A stretch of 61,380 bases of DNA, filler included, from Dirinaria sp. TL-2023a (taxonomy: Eukaryota), in the NCBI GenBank assembly GCA_051941275.1. It is 6 parts of 6 records of this genome, joined end to end, with 100 filler letters (N's around TTAATTAATTAA, not from the genome) between each part and the next. Parts side by side here need not be neighbours in the genome. Positions count along the whole stretch, not along the records: positions 41,062 to 51,179 come from JAVEBF010000974.1; positions 51,280 to 61,380 come from JAVEBF010000975.1; 4 more parts are not named here. The stretch is one strand, 5' to 3'. The notes below the pieces were generated by a model, which saw only the letters and a program-made list of their open reading frames with translations, ran no database searches and was not told where the DNA came from. Shown in pieces: positions 47,169-58,844 of this stretch. The position numbers were made by a program, and so were the translations under genes. The first letter of the stretch is position 1; the number at the start of each line of letters is the position of its first letter.

Positions 47169-48223
47169 AATTCGTAATACTGCAGCGTTCGAGATCTTTG
47201 CTGTACCTGTAGGGTGCAGGCATCCGAGATGGCTGTTGGTTTATTAGCATGCTACAGTACACTCCCAAAAATTGCTTGAGCGATGGCCATGGCGAATTGG
47301 CGATGTTATCGATCCAACATCTGAAGCATTAAGAAGCGCATAGGGTCACGTGCGATTTAACGGGTACCATGACCTATCACCTAGCCAACTGGAAGCGACC
47401 CGTACCTGAGCCACTTTTAGGGAAGCTCCGGACGAATTGCGGCCTAGAAGATTGGCACTGCTTGGCTTGACTTGCTACCTACATACATTACTTAGGAGAT
47501 GTACGTGAGGGGCTGCCTTCAACGGTTGCCGTATCACGCATGGCTTGCGCTACAATAGGTTCCATGCGGAGATGACGCTGATAATGATGTCTCCTACGAC
47601 ATCAGCAACTGCAGCTCAGACAAGAAGCACGCAAGATGATAAGTTTCGTTGAGCTGTTCTCATGCAGGTTGTAGGATTACACGTCTTTACGACGCACTAC
47701 TTCAAGGGCTACCTCACCTATAATACTATTCTCAGTATGAAAAGCAAAGATAAAGTCTGCATTCGCACCACTACTTCCAAGATGCGCCCTCATCGCTACT
47801 TATTAACGAATTGGGCATGCAGCAGAGGTGGCTCTGAGCATCCATGGCTTTTCCAAGTCTTCAAAAACACAGCCGAGGAACCAAATCACGGATATCAGCA
47901 TCATACAAGATCGTAACATCGAGTGCCAATCCTCCTGACCGATTCTACAAAGAAAATTTCTAGTCCTTGCGGCAACGTTTAATCAATCCACAACTCCAAA
48001 TCAGATCGTCCTTCCAATGTTGAAATCTCCATCCAACTGAAGCAGTATGTTCTGTTGGTTTGCGTAAGTCGACTCAGAGATCATGAACTCTTTGCTCCAA
48101 ATTCATTTCCACGTGGATTTCATTTTCTGTGAATGCGACGCTCTTGCTTCTCTTGGGCGTTCCCACCGCGAAAGTCTCAAAAGTGGCGTCTTGCGTTCTT
48201 TGAGACGTACCGCGGAACATGGC

Positions 48224-49426
48224 TCACTTGCTGCTAGATCCAGTGGCCGACAACTCTAGAACATTTTTGCTCTCCTCATCTTGAGGATCCCGATTGGAAA
48301 GACTGCGGTACCTGGCGCCCAGTTGCTGGACGACAGGCCCCATCAATGGGAAATTAGCACTCACAACGAGGACTTCTCCCTCAACGGCGCTCCAGAGGCC
48401 GGGACCCACGTGTGACCCTATAATGTCTCCATTAGCCATACGCTTCTCGTATTCTTTATCAGTAAAGGTAACGATGATTAGGAGACCCACACGTGATGTC
48501 AGCTTCATCGAGCTCTGTCAAGGAGATAACCCGTCGTAGGCTCACAGCGCAAGCTCTGGTAGGTAAGGTAAGTAAGCTGAAATGAGATTACAGCGCATAT
48601 GGAACTTACACTCCAGCAAGGAGAAAGATGGCCACAAGACCAGATTTACGAGCCGGCGGTAAATGTAGACCCCAAAGTATCGGAATTGGCATAAGGACCA
48701 CGAAGACATCGGTCACAAGGTTCAAACTGCCCATGGCAATATAGAAGTCCAATTGATTGAAACAACTATGCTCGACTCCAGGCTGCCAGCTGCTGTGGAT
48801 TGGACGACATTGGAGGATCATACCGAGTAATCCACACACGAGCATAAGCGATAGGAATACTCCTGTCCCGTACGTTACCCAGCGGAAGGGTTTCCCGGGA
48901 AAAAGCCGGTTGTAGAAAATCAAGACGGCGATTTTGACAATTGGAAAAGTCGCCGCCCAACACAGTTGAAAAACGAAGTTGCACTGGATGACTTTTAGTC
49001 CGTGGTAGTCCTCCACATGCAGGTAGGGGTGCCTACTATCAGGAATTTCTCCATATCTTTCTCGGAAACCTGCTTGGCATGTTGTCCCAACCCGTATTGG
49101 AGGGCTAGACTTGTTGGCATGGCCACTGTTTGCTGGCTTCAGAACGCTTCAACCTACCTATATAGTAACATATCCCTGGAATTGAAGCGGCTATCTGGAA
49201 GAATACTGTCAGCGATAGGCTGCCTCATGAATCTGCGAGCTTTCACGAGCTTTCACAAATGACTTACCCACCCAATACCCATCACGTAGTCATCGTACCA
49301 TAATTTGGTCATAGACAGGCGTCGTGCCAACAGGCGCAAGGCGTACGAGGTGAGACCTAGTATCTCAATGAAGGTGATAATGCCAATGATTAGATGCCGG
49401 TGGTAGAGGACTTCTTTGGTCTCCAT
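48224..49426 (-). CDS. PTH11-like (fungal rhodopsin-domain) 7-TM integral membrane protein without CFEM; C-tail cut by TGA
   Basis: ALRLLARR...KLWYDDY, YGLGQH, VKIAVLIFYNRLF, ILQCRPIHSSW, NLVTDVFVVLMPIPILWGLHLPPARK and WSAVEGEVLVVSANFP, across several GT-AG introns. Confidence 0.88.
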
Positions 49427-50883
49427 CGCCTTCTCAGACTGTCAGGGATGGAACTCAGGTAATAACTGAATTGACTATGGTTGAGTCTAGATGGTAGACA
49501 AACCACAAAAAAGAAAAGCAAGAAGAGCGATCTGGGGAACAAAATAGGGGCACATGCCTGTAACACGACGAGTGAAACCGTGATACAAACTGAGATTGTG
49601 TACTACACAATGCCAGCTTGTAGACCGCTTCTCTTTCGCAGCAATTTTGCAAATGAAAAAAAAAACCCAAAAAAAAAAATCAATGATGGGCCATTATGAC
49701 ACAATGGAAACCACGGACGGATCATACAGTAAGCTGACGCTCTTCTATATATCTTCCGCATCGAGAAGGCATACGCAAGGGCCCTGAACGAGCGATTTCC
49801 AAATTCAAATTCCATCGTGCAACGTACTTACTGGCTGCATGCAGAGAGCATGCTAGCTAATGTACTGTAGATGAAAGAAGTCTAGAGGGGTTGCATGCAT
49901 ACAGATAGCATTACCATAATCCAGTCCTCCTGCCCTCTTTCTCATCTTGTCACACAGCATTGAGTCCCACTGGCAAAATCTTCACCTCACCCATCTCATC
50001 CGAGCCAGCTTTCTTCGGCGGTCCCCGACTCGGTTGGCTCAACCAGCAGCAAGTCTCTGGATGCCATCATATGCTTGACATGAGAAGAAAGAGTCAGATC
50101 TCAAAATGGTATGCGCATATGCACGTCAGTGCGCGTATATGCATGCCATCTCTTTTAGGGACGATTCTCTTCTTGGCATGCACTTGCCACATATCATGAC
50201 AATTTTCTTGGTCGAACCGACAGATGATTTTATAGCATCACAAGAGATAGGAAGAAGCTCCTCGTTGCGCGCTTCCAGGCTTGTTAAGTTGCTCCAACAG
50301 CCCCCATTCTTTGGAGGTTTCCCTCAACCACCGCTCAATATGAGTAGATCCTATGATTACTTCGGGTATCATCCGCATGGATATCGTCGGTTCTTGAATC
50401 TAAATCACGAAGAGCCTGATGTGATCTCGACCAATATCGTGTTAGATTCTGACGCGTAGTTGTTGGCGCTAGAGGCACCATTTAGGAAGATGCCGATTGC
50501 TGTTTGGCCCACGCCTTTTAAAACCATTGTAAAGTACATTAATTATTTCTGATGTCGACAAGGCTCAAACGAATCTGCTTGTACAGGATATTGCTAGACT
50601 ATCCATCGAAAATACTGGGCGCCGACATGACAATGCACGCATACCAAGAATCGAGGCGGCAGGTGCAATTCTTCAACTCATTCCAGCTACACCCATACGG
50701 CTTTGTAGTTCAGCAAATGCCGGGCCAGAGCCTGAAATATGTATAATTCCGTCGCAAGACTTATGCGCCTACACCATGAACACAACGTTAGCTGGTGATG
50801 CTACCTTGGGCTTGGATCTAGGAGGACCCAGGCGGTTCTGCATGTGGGTGAGGAGTTGATTCATGATGCGTTTTCTCGATAGT

Positions 50884-51179
50884 CCCCCTTCGAGTCGGGA
50901 AATTCTGTATCCTCTACCCTCATCAAAAATCACTATGAGTATCATCCCCGACGAAGAAAACCGATCAAACCTGAAATCGTTGATGCCTGTCTCTCCAACG
51001 CTTTAGCGAAGTCAGTCGATCAATATGATCAGGCTTCAGTTGTAGAGAATGTGCTCAGAAAAAAATTATCTGCAGCTGAAGAAGTGGTGTTCGGAATCAT
51101 CGGTGGAATCTTCTATGATGAACTGACATGGGCGGATGTCGTGTCAGTCTTGGAAGGTTTACGTCGATTTATTAAAGAG
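50884..51179 (+). CDS. Partial orphan coding frame running into the linker (5' exons unclear or degraded)
   Basis: About 98 stop-free codons ending ...FGIIGGIFYDELTWADVVSVLEGLRRFIKE. Upstream frames (50340-50746) are interrupted by stops. Confidence 0.45.
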
Positions 51180-51279
51180 NNNNNNNNNNNNNNNNNNNNN
51201 NNNNNNNNNNNNNNNNNNNNNNNTTAATTAATTAANNNNNNNNNNNNNNNNNNNNNNNNNNNNNNNNNNNNNNNNNNNN
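51180..51279. other. Artificial contig linker
   Basis: 44N-TTAATTAATTAA-44N. Confidence 0.99.
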
Positions 51280-51354
51280 GGGGAGGGGGAGCGATGGCGT
51301 TGGAGCTGGGGATGCGTCCGAGGGGATTGTGGCTGTTGGTGGGGTCGTGGACAT
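51280..51354 (-). CDS. Possible 5' end of a gene truncated by the contig edge (MSTTPPTATIPSDASPAPTPSLPL...)
   Basis: ATG in an agcATG context after a C-rich leader; the frame is open to the contig end. Confidence 0.3.
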
Positions 51355-51773
51355 GCTGCTGCTTTGTACTGTGTTATTGGAGGTGGGATGTGGGATGGGG
51401 TGTATGATAGAGGAAGGCAGAAGGATGGGGTTGGATACGCCGGCGGGACTGTTGATTGGGGGTTTCGGGGCGGGCTTGGCGTTGGTCGTTCAGGCTGTCA
51501 GGCAGACTTTCATATAAAGGTCATGCGAGGTCTATGAACAGTGCTTAAATATTGTAATTCCTCGCTTTTAGCAAATGGGGTAACAGCTGACTCACTGCTT
51601 TTTGACCACTCCGTGTATATTTGTAGAGTAAGTCGTATATCTTCATTGCCAGTCTGTGAATCCTAGGCTTTGTGCTCAAGCTATGCAGAGCATCAAATAT
51701 CGAGTCTACCAGGTTCGATCATCGACATTCTCCAATCAGTCCCTTGAATTTAGTCGTATCAGACCATAGTACG

Positions 51774-52208
51774 ATGGCCGAGAAAGACTGGAACAGCGAT
51801 GACGCCTGGGGCGATATCCCCGAGGGCGAATTCTGTGTCTACGGCACGGTATCATAACTCTCCCTTCCTTTTCCATCCCACAACAAAAAAAGTTCCTTCC
51901 CCACTCCAAAGTACGACGGTGTATTTGACCCACAACAAACTCCCCAGGTCTACACAGTCCCCGAGCACGCCGACAAGGTCGAAGCGGTCTACAAAGAAAC
52001 AACGAGACTCGCGCAGGCCGAAGCCGGCGTCGTGTACTACTGTCTGTCCCGAGACGCGGCGGATCCGAGTATCTTCCATTTCTTCGAGCGGTACAGATCG
52101 AAAACGGATTTTCAGCAGCATAATGATCAAGAGATCATTCAGAAGCTGGTCAGTAGTGGTTGGATGAAGGATGTGAAGGCTGTTTTTGTCAAGCCTATCA
52201 CGCCGTAG
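51774..52208 (+). CDS. Small ABM (antibiotic biosynthesis monooxygenase-like, dimeric alpha/beta barrel) protein
   Basis: MAEKDW...EFCVYGT, intron 51849-51947, VYTVPEHADKVEAVY...EAGVVYYCLSRDAADPSIFHFFERYRSKTDFQQH...KPITP*. Found by hand splicing; absent from the ORF track in this frame. Confidence 0.85.
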
Positions 52209-52774
52209 GGGATTTCATTTTTGGGAGATGGTGGCCATGCTGGATAATGCGGCGTTAGTGCTTTACTGATAGCCTGGCAATGATGGCAGAAAGCTTGAAG
52301 TTTTCATAGTGATGTTGCTGTTCTGTGTCTGATGAGGTTTCTCATTCCCAGCAGTAGGAATGATCTTGACTGTTAATGCTTGGTCAGTGGGAGACTGCGC
52401 TTGAAGGATGAGAAGAGCATGTCAAGCTCCACATTCCCTCATGCATTCAAGTTGCTCGATACGTAATATATGGTAGAAGGCACAAGGACGTTAGAATAGT
52501 CCAATCATTTCGAAGACGATAGAGTAGCCCGCCGAGCCCGCCCCGTACCTTAAGAGTGCAGGGGTGCCAGGGTTAGGGTTGTTGCTGGGCAGGAAGTCGT
52601 ATACCTTAATAAGGTAAACAAAGCATACCTATTATTGGTACTTCGATGCGGTGAAACTCAATTATAAACCTTGGTCAAGGAAGACTTGGCGCATACGTAC
52701 TCATAAAGCGAAAAGATTGCTTCGACGTGAGCTACCTCATCTGACAGTCTTCGTCTCGTGAGCCTCAGCTGACG

Positions 52775-55700
52775 ATGAACGATAGGCATCAGCAGAACCG
52801 GCGACTGCCCTCCAAGCCTGTGTGGCCTCGCAATACATTGAACTCCAGGCAGGCTCCAAGAGTCGATGGCGACGCCTCGAGTTCCGCCGTCCCAGAGATA
52901 ACGTGGACAGAAAAGCCCTCTAGTGCTGGAGACTTTTCTAGAAGCTCTACCTCGTTCCGAGTCCCAATCCGTTCAACTAGTGAAAAGGAAGAAATCAAGG
53001 CTATTGAGAAGCGACCATCAGACTTAAGTCCTAACAGAGATGACGAACGGTCGGAAGATCCAGGTTTAGCTAGTCACGACAATTTGTCACTCTTGGGCGA
53101 TTCTAGCTCCCTTTTTGCTACTCCACCGTCAATAGCCGCTTTCACATTTCGATCATCACCACCGTCCGCGACAATGGTCGTCGAACGAGAGCCTCCAAAG
53201 GCTCCGTTATCACCTCGGAAGCCAAACCAGCAACCTCCACAACCTGTTATCAAGCCTCCTCAGCAAGCCGAATTTGGGAAAGCAAGCCCCTTACGGAGCC
53301 GAGTTGAGTCAAGCGTATTTAATATACCAAAGGCGCATCACGCACGCCCAGAGCATCATAGATCAGCTCAGCCGATCTATCCAAACTACCAGCAGCGCCA
53401 AATTCCCAACCAGTCCGATGGGCAGGTAGTAAGACCACAGCAGTCTGTGCCTCAGCCGTCCGGTCCTCCGTACAATGACAAAGATGTGGTGGAGATACAG
53501 AAGCCAGCTAATATTCCGTCATGGACGCTGCCTCCTGCACCACCGACGGCTATGTTCTCATCAAGAGTAGAGAGTGGAGGATTCACTGCGATCAATCCAC
53601 CTGCAAAGCCTGGTGGCATCGTCAACTTGCCAGCCGGAGGTATTATAGACTTTACATCAATTACTGAACCTGCCCTTCTCGACCCTCGCTTTGGCGCAGC
53701 GGACCCTTATGATTATATCGAAGCTAGCAAAGCCAACGAAAACATTAAGGCGCTGCTAGAGGGCGCATTCGAAGATGAGGAGGACAAGCCGAGGACGAGA
53801 GGCAGAAAGAAGAAATTCGGAGCTGCTTTAGAGGAGCTAACTAACAAACTGCAAAACCTTGAGGTCAAGAAAGAGGAGGAAACGGTCGACGCAGATTCTG
53901 CAGCGGAAGAAGAGGAAGAAGACGACGGCAAGATTGAAGGTCTAAACGTGCGATTATTGCCCCATCAAGTGGATGGTGTCGAGTGGATGAGAGAAAAGGA
54001 GATCGGAACCAAGAAGAAAAACGGAGTCCTGCCAAAAGGCGGCATTTTGGCCGACGATGTAGGTCTGCTGTATGTCTAATTTCTTGCCATTACTGACCAT
54101 CGATAGATGGGCCTCGGAAAGACAATACAATCGATATCGGTTATTCTAACTAACACGCGTCCACCAAAGACGTCTGTAATCACAAACGATAAGAAGAGTC
54201 TGCCAAATGTAGTCGATAAATGCACACTCGTCGTCGGACCGCTTGCGCTTATTAGACAATGGGATGCGGAAATTAAGAACAAGGTCTGCGACAGCCATAA
54301 GCTGAAGGTTTGCGTCCATCATGGGCCACAGCGTACTAAGCGGTTTGAGGATTTGCGAAAATACGACGTGGTCATCACCACTTATCAAATCCTTGTCTCG
54401 GAACATGCTGGCTCTTCAAAAGGAGAAGGTGGCCCTCAGTTTGGTTGCTTTGGCATACACTGGTATCGCGTGATCTTGGATGAGGCGCATACCATCAAGA
54501 ATCGCAATGCCAAAGCGACTCAAGCCTGCTATGCTTTGCGTGCAGAGTACAGGTGGTGCTTGACAGGAACGCCAATGCAAAATAATCTAGATGAACTCCA
54601 AAGTTTGATCCGTTTTCTCAGGATTAAACCCTATAATGACCTCAAAATCTGGAAGAGTCAAATCACAGAGCCAATGAGGAACGGTCGAGGCAATGTTGCA
54701 ATGAAGCGCTTACAGTTCTATCTGAAAGCCTTCATGAAACGCCGAACGAAAGAGGTGTTGAAGCAAGAAGGGGCTCTTAATCCAGGCGGCAAGCCTTCAG
54801 CAGAAGGTGCACCGAGCAATGGCTTTAAGATTACTGCACGGAAGATCGAGAAAGTCTCTGCGGAGTTCACACCAGAGGAGCGCAGCTTCTACTCACGCCT
54901 AGAGCAACGGACTGATGAAAGCATTGATGCCATGATGAGCGGGGCGAAGATGAGTTATGCCAGCGCGTTGACTATGCTGCTGCGACTGAGGCAGGCCTGT
55001 AATCACCCACAGCTCGTTGGAGGACCACTCGCGCAAGATCAAGACGCTCTCACTACTGGGCAGACACAGAGCACTCAGACTCCCCGGAAGGCAAAAGTGG
55101 CCGAGAAAGAAGTCGATGATATAGCCGATCTGCTCGGTGGCTTGAGCGTGCAAACGAAACGATGCGACATGTGCCAGATCGAGCTTGGCAAGGAAGAAGC
55201 AAACACTGGAGCTGTCCGTTGCACTGATTGTGAGGAGAATCTAATGTCCCGGATCGAACCCAAAGTAAAACGCTCGAAGAAGAAAACTCATCACTCAAAG
55301 TCAAGATCCAAACCAAGACCAACAAAAGCGCCGTCTAAAGGAGCGGCGAAACGCAAGGTGGTACTGGACGACTCGGAAGAGGAAAATGACGGCGACTGGC
55401 TTGTGCCAGAAGACCAGCGTCCTGGACTCCATCTCGGAAAGGCCGGCGGTAGCGATGACGAGAACGCTGAAGGGGGTGGTGAAGATATTGGCTCATCAGA
55501 CAGCGACACCGGCGACGAATCCTCTATCCAAGTTCTCGGATTCCACACTCGTAAAGTCATCAGCCTGGACACCTCAGACGAAGATGTGGACAACGCTTCT
55601 GAAGCTTCGTCCAGCTCGGAATCCGCCTCGGACTCGGAAACCGACACATCCTCCACCACCGACACACTGGCAAAGCGTGCACCAACCACCTCCGCCAAGA

Positions 55701-56407
55701 TAACCCAGCTCCTGCGCATCCTCCACGCCGAGTCCGGCGCCCACAAATTCATCGTCTTCTCCCAATTCACCTCCATGCTCGACCTGATCGAGCCTTTCCT
55801 CCGGACCCGAAACCTGCGCTTCACCCGCTACGACGGCTCCATGCGCAACGACCACCGCGAAGCCTCGCTCGAGCGCCTCCGCAACGACGCCTCCACGCGC
55901 ATCCTGCTCTGCAGCCTCAAATGCGGCTCCCTGGGCCTGAACCTGACGGCCGCCAGCCGCGTCGTCATCCTCGAACCCTTCTGGAACCCGTTCGTCGAAG
56001 AACAGGCCATCGACCGCGTGCACCGCCTCAACCAGACCAGAGATGTGCTCGTGTATAAACTTACGGTGGCGGATACGGTCGAGGCCCGGATCTTGGATCT
56101 CCAGGAGAAGAAGCGTGCCCTTGCGGAAGCGGCTATCGAAGGTAAAGCCGCCGCGGGCAAATTGAGCATGAAGGATATCTTGAACCTGTTTCGGCGCGAT
56201 GCCGAGGTGCATGATCATCCTGCTGAGGGTGCTGCTGCTCCTGGAGTGGGTCGGGGGGGCTTGTTGGCTGGTCCGATGGCTGCGGCTGCGGAGCAGATGC
56301 AGGCTTTCCGGAGTGATAGGAACACGGGTCGGAAAGTTAACCCTGTGGGGGGAAGTAGCAGTAGTAGTAGACCGAAGGAGGACGCGGTGTTTGGAAGGCG
56401 ATGGTAA
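52775..56407 (+). CDS. SNF2-family ATPase (Ris1/Uls1/Lodestar-like subgroup), 2 exons
   Basis: LLPHQVDGVEWM, GGILADD, intron 54059-54106, MGLGKTIQ, VILDEAH, WCLTGTPMQNN, LLRLRQACNHP, IVFSQFTSMLD, GLNLTAASRV and EEQAIDRVHR. Confidence 0.95.
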
Positions 56408-56664
56408 AGATGGGTAGTAAAGTTTCCGATAATGAGGGCGTAGAGAGGATGGATTGGGATATGTCTTTTGATATTGATAGCTAAGGTAGCTGGTACTTGG
56501 GGTTCACGATATGGCAATGGAAGGATGTGTTTGTTATGCAGATACCACCACTGTAACAGCTGCAAAGTAGGAGAAAGAAAGATTCTAGTTCCCAAGAAAT
56601 ACGAACACCCCCAAGTACCGTTATTGCTCATTATTAATCAATCCACCACGCCTGCATGTCTATC

Positions 56665-58152
56665 CTATCCCGGACCACCCTTCGCCCACGGCGCCTTCGT
56701 CATTGGCGGCGGCATGGCGCCAGGTTTCGCCTGCTGTGGCTTCGCTGCTGAGGCATCTGGCCGAATAGCCCATGGCGCTTTTGTGCCGTGCTCCGGGGGC
56801 AGCCGGCCGCGTGCTGGGAGGTGAGTGATGTTGGATGGATCGGTCGTTGTCGTCGTCGTGGCCCAGGGTGCTTTCGTGCCCTGCTGGGCCGGGACGGGCT
56901 CAGCGATATTCGATGTGTCTGCCGGGGCCCAGGGGGCTTTCGTGCCTTGCTGCTGCTGCGGTGGCGGGAGAGGTCCTCGTGGCGGGAACTGCGTGATTGT
57001 CGTCGACGGGTCTGCCCGCAAGGGCTGGCTGGCGCTATGGGCACTGCTGGGCGGGGCAACGGCGGCCGGGTCGCGGTCCCAGCGGAACAGCGACCCGAAG
57101 CGGAAATGCTGCACCACGGGGAACTTGGACAGCACTTCGGCGTTGTACATCTTCAGCATGCCCTTGTTGATCTTCGCCCACCCGCCGCGCACGCCCGAGA
57201 TGTCGTACAGCATCGGCGAGTGCTCCCAGAACGGGCCCTTCTTCACGTCGTAGATGAATCCTATGGCACCGAAATATAAATTTCGGCCCCGTTCGCGCGC
57301 CACGGCTGTTGCGTTTGAGACGTCCCCTAGATCTGGGGCGTCGCCGCGGGAGCCTTCTGTGGGCGTTGGTTTGTTATTGGAGATGGCTGGGCCGTATTGG
57401 GCGCTGCCGAAGAGGTAGGGCAGGAACGAGTGGTCGTCTAGACCCCACACCCCGTGTGAGCCTGCGGGCTCCAGGGTGTATGTTTTGATCAGGCGGCGGA
57501 CGAGTTGCAGGTACGGCTCCATGACGCCAAGGACGATTTCTCGTTCCGCGTGCCCTGGCTTGGTGGAGGTTGGGAAGCCGTCGAGTTTCCACAGACACCC
57601 GAGGAACGCGAGAAAGCTGAGTTCGTGCCCGGTCCCGTAGTCAAGGCGTTGGGAGCTGCCGAAGCTTCCCAGGAGATACGAGCCCAGCTCGCTGTGGGCT
57701 GTAATATTTGATGTGCTTTTGACGGGAAACGGTTCAAGCGGCAGGTAGTGCTCGAGTAACGCTGGCGTGCGCTTCTCCACGATCTCGTACCATTTTCGAA
57801 ATGCGATGTTGCCGAACCGCCGGGGTCCTGGGTCTGGTGGTGCTTCGTCGATGATTTTCTCGAGGTCATCGAGTAAGTTCCTCAATCGTACGATGGTTTG
57901 GTTGAATGAAAAAGAGGTAGAATCAAAGAAGGGTATATTGGGTGACTTCCTATCCGGGTCATCCTGTGAGAAGTAGGGAAACATCGCTCGATTGAGCTGC
58001 ATAACGAAAGTCATAATATCTCCATATGCCTGCGATACAAGGAAATGAGAAACATCTTGCCCATCATTAATCTTTTTCACTGGAAGAGTAAACTCGTGAG
58101 GCTCAGACCCTTCAACAATATCTAGCCTTGGAGGATTAAGAGCCTTATCCAT
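56665..58152 (-). CDS. RRD1: PP2A phosphatase activator (PTPA) Rrd1
   Basis: GPRRFGNIAFR, SFGSSQRLDYGTGHELSF, YTLEPAGSHGVWGLDDH, KKGPFWEHSPMLYDISG and YNAEVLSKFPVVQHF, followed by a repetitive TKAPWA tail. Confidence 0.95.
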   Translation of the reverse strand: MDKALNPPRLDIVEGSEPHEFTLPVKKINDGQDVSHFLVSQAYGDIMTFVMQLNRAMFPYFSQDDPDRKSPNIPFFDSTSFSFNQTIVRLRNLLDDLEKIIDEAPPDPGPRRFGNIAFRKWYEIVEKRTPALLEHYLPLEPFPVKSTSNITAHSELGSYLLGSFGSSQRLDYGTGHELSFLAFLGCLWKLDGFPTSTKPGHAEREIVLGVMEPYLQLVRRLIKTYTLEPAGSHGVWGLDDHSFLPYLFGSAQYGPAISNNKPTPTEGSRGDAPDLGDVSNATAVARERGRNLYFGAIGFIYDVKKGPFWEHSPMLYDISGVRGGWAKINKGMLKMYNAEVLSKFPVVQHFRFGSLFRWDRDPAAVAPPSSAHSASQPLRADPSTTITQFPPRGPLPPPQQQQGTKAPWAPADTSNIAEPVPAQQGTKAPWATTTTTTDPSNITHLPARGRLPPEHGTKAPWAIRPDASAAKPQQAKPGAMPPPMTKAPWAKGGPG

Positions 58153-58844
58153 AATTACGAGAAAATCAAGGTTTAGAAGCTCTCTGAATACCTATTTGTA
58201 GGTGACTATGCTGTGTCAATATCGAGTGTAATGAAGTGTTCTTGATCTAATGTTCATCGGCATTACGGCACGTATTCCGCAGGCTTTATGCCAAGACATA
58301 ATTCGAAGGAAGACGTCAGTAATTTATCCGAGCCGCTTAGCGAGTAGAACCCCAACCTCCCATTTTTTGAATGTTGCCCATACTTTACCTCTACCCACCA
58401 ACTATCACCAACGTAGGGTCAACGTAGGGTTTTCCTATCACATTACCCTGAATTGCTGGAAGCCGACAAATCAAAAGTCGTGTGTGGCTTGTCAAAAGAA
58501 GTAGAGCATCGACTGACGAATCTTCTTGATCAAGTCGCGAGCCAAAGTGATGGAGATCGGGAGTTGTCGGGTCAACTAAATGTGTCATTGGAAGTTAAAG
58601 TATTGCGCGTTGATTTTCAGTAACGCGATTCAGTACTGAATCACAGGCTCATATTGATCGAAAGACAAAGTCATCGGTTGAGTAGGTAAGCCTTTGCACA
58701 GCTCCTCTATCTGAGGCGGCTCTGAATTATCGGCCCATCCACTGAGCTGAAGCAGTTGTCTGTGATCTGATATGAACATTTCAGCATTGGTTTAAAACAG
58801 TTCAAAAAGCATCTTCTGCCCTCGCTCTGTTCGGATCAGTCAAT

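Noticed and set aside
10177..51279. TTAATTAATTAA recurring every 10.2 kb or so (piggyBac TTAA target or periodic element?)
   Set aside because: Always centred in 44N flanks. It is a synthetic six-frame-stop linker, and the periodicity comes from size-sorted contigs.
51774..58152. ABM-domain gene as a sign of a secondary-metabolite cluster
   Set aside because: Its neighbours are a SNF2 ATPase and PTPA. There is no PKS, NRPS or tailoring enzyme on this contig.
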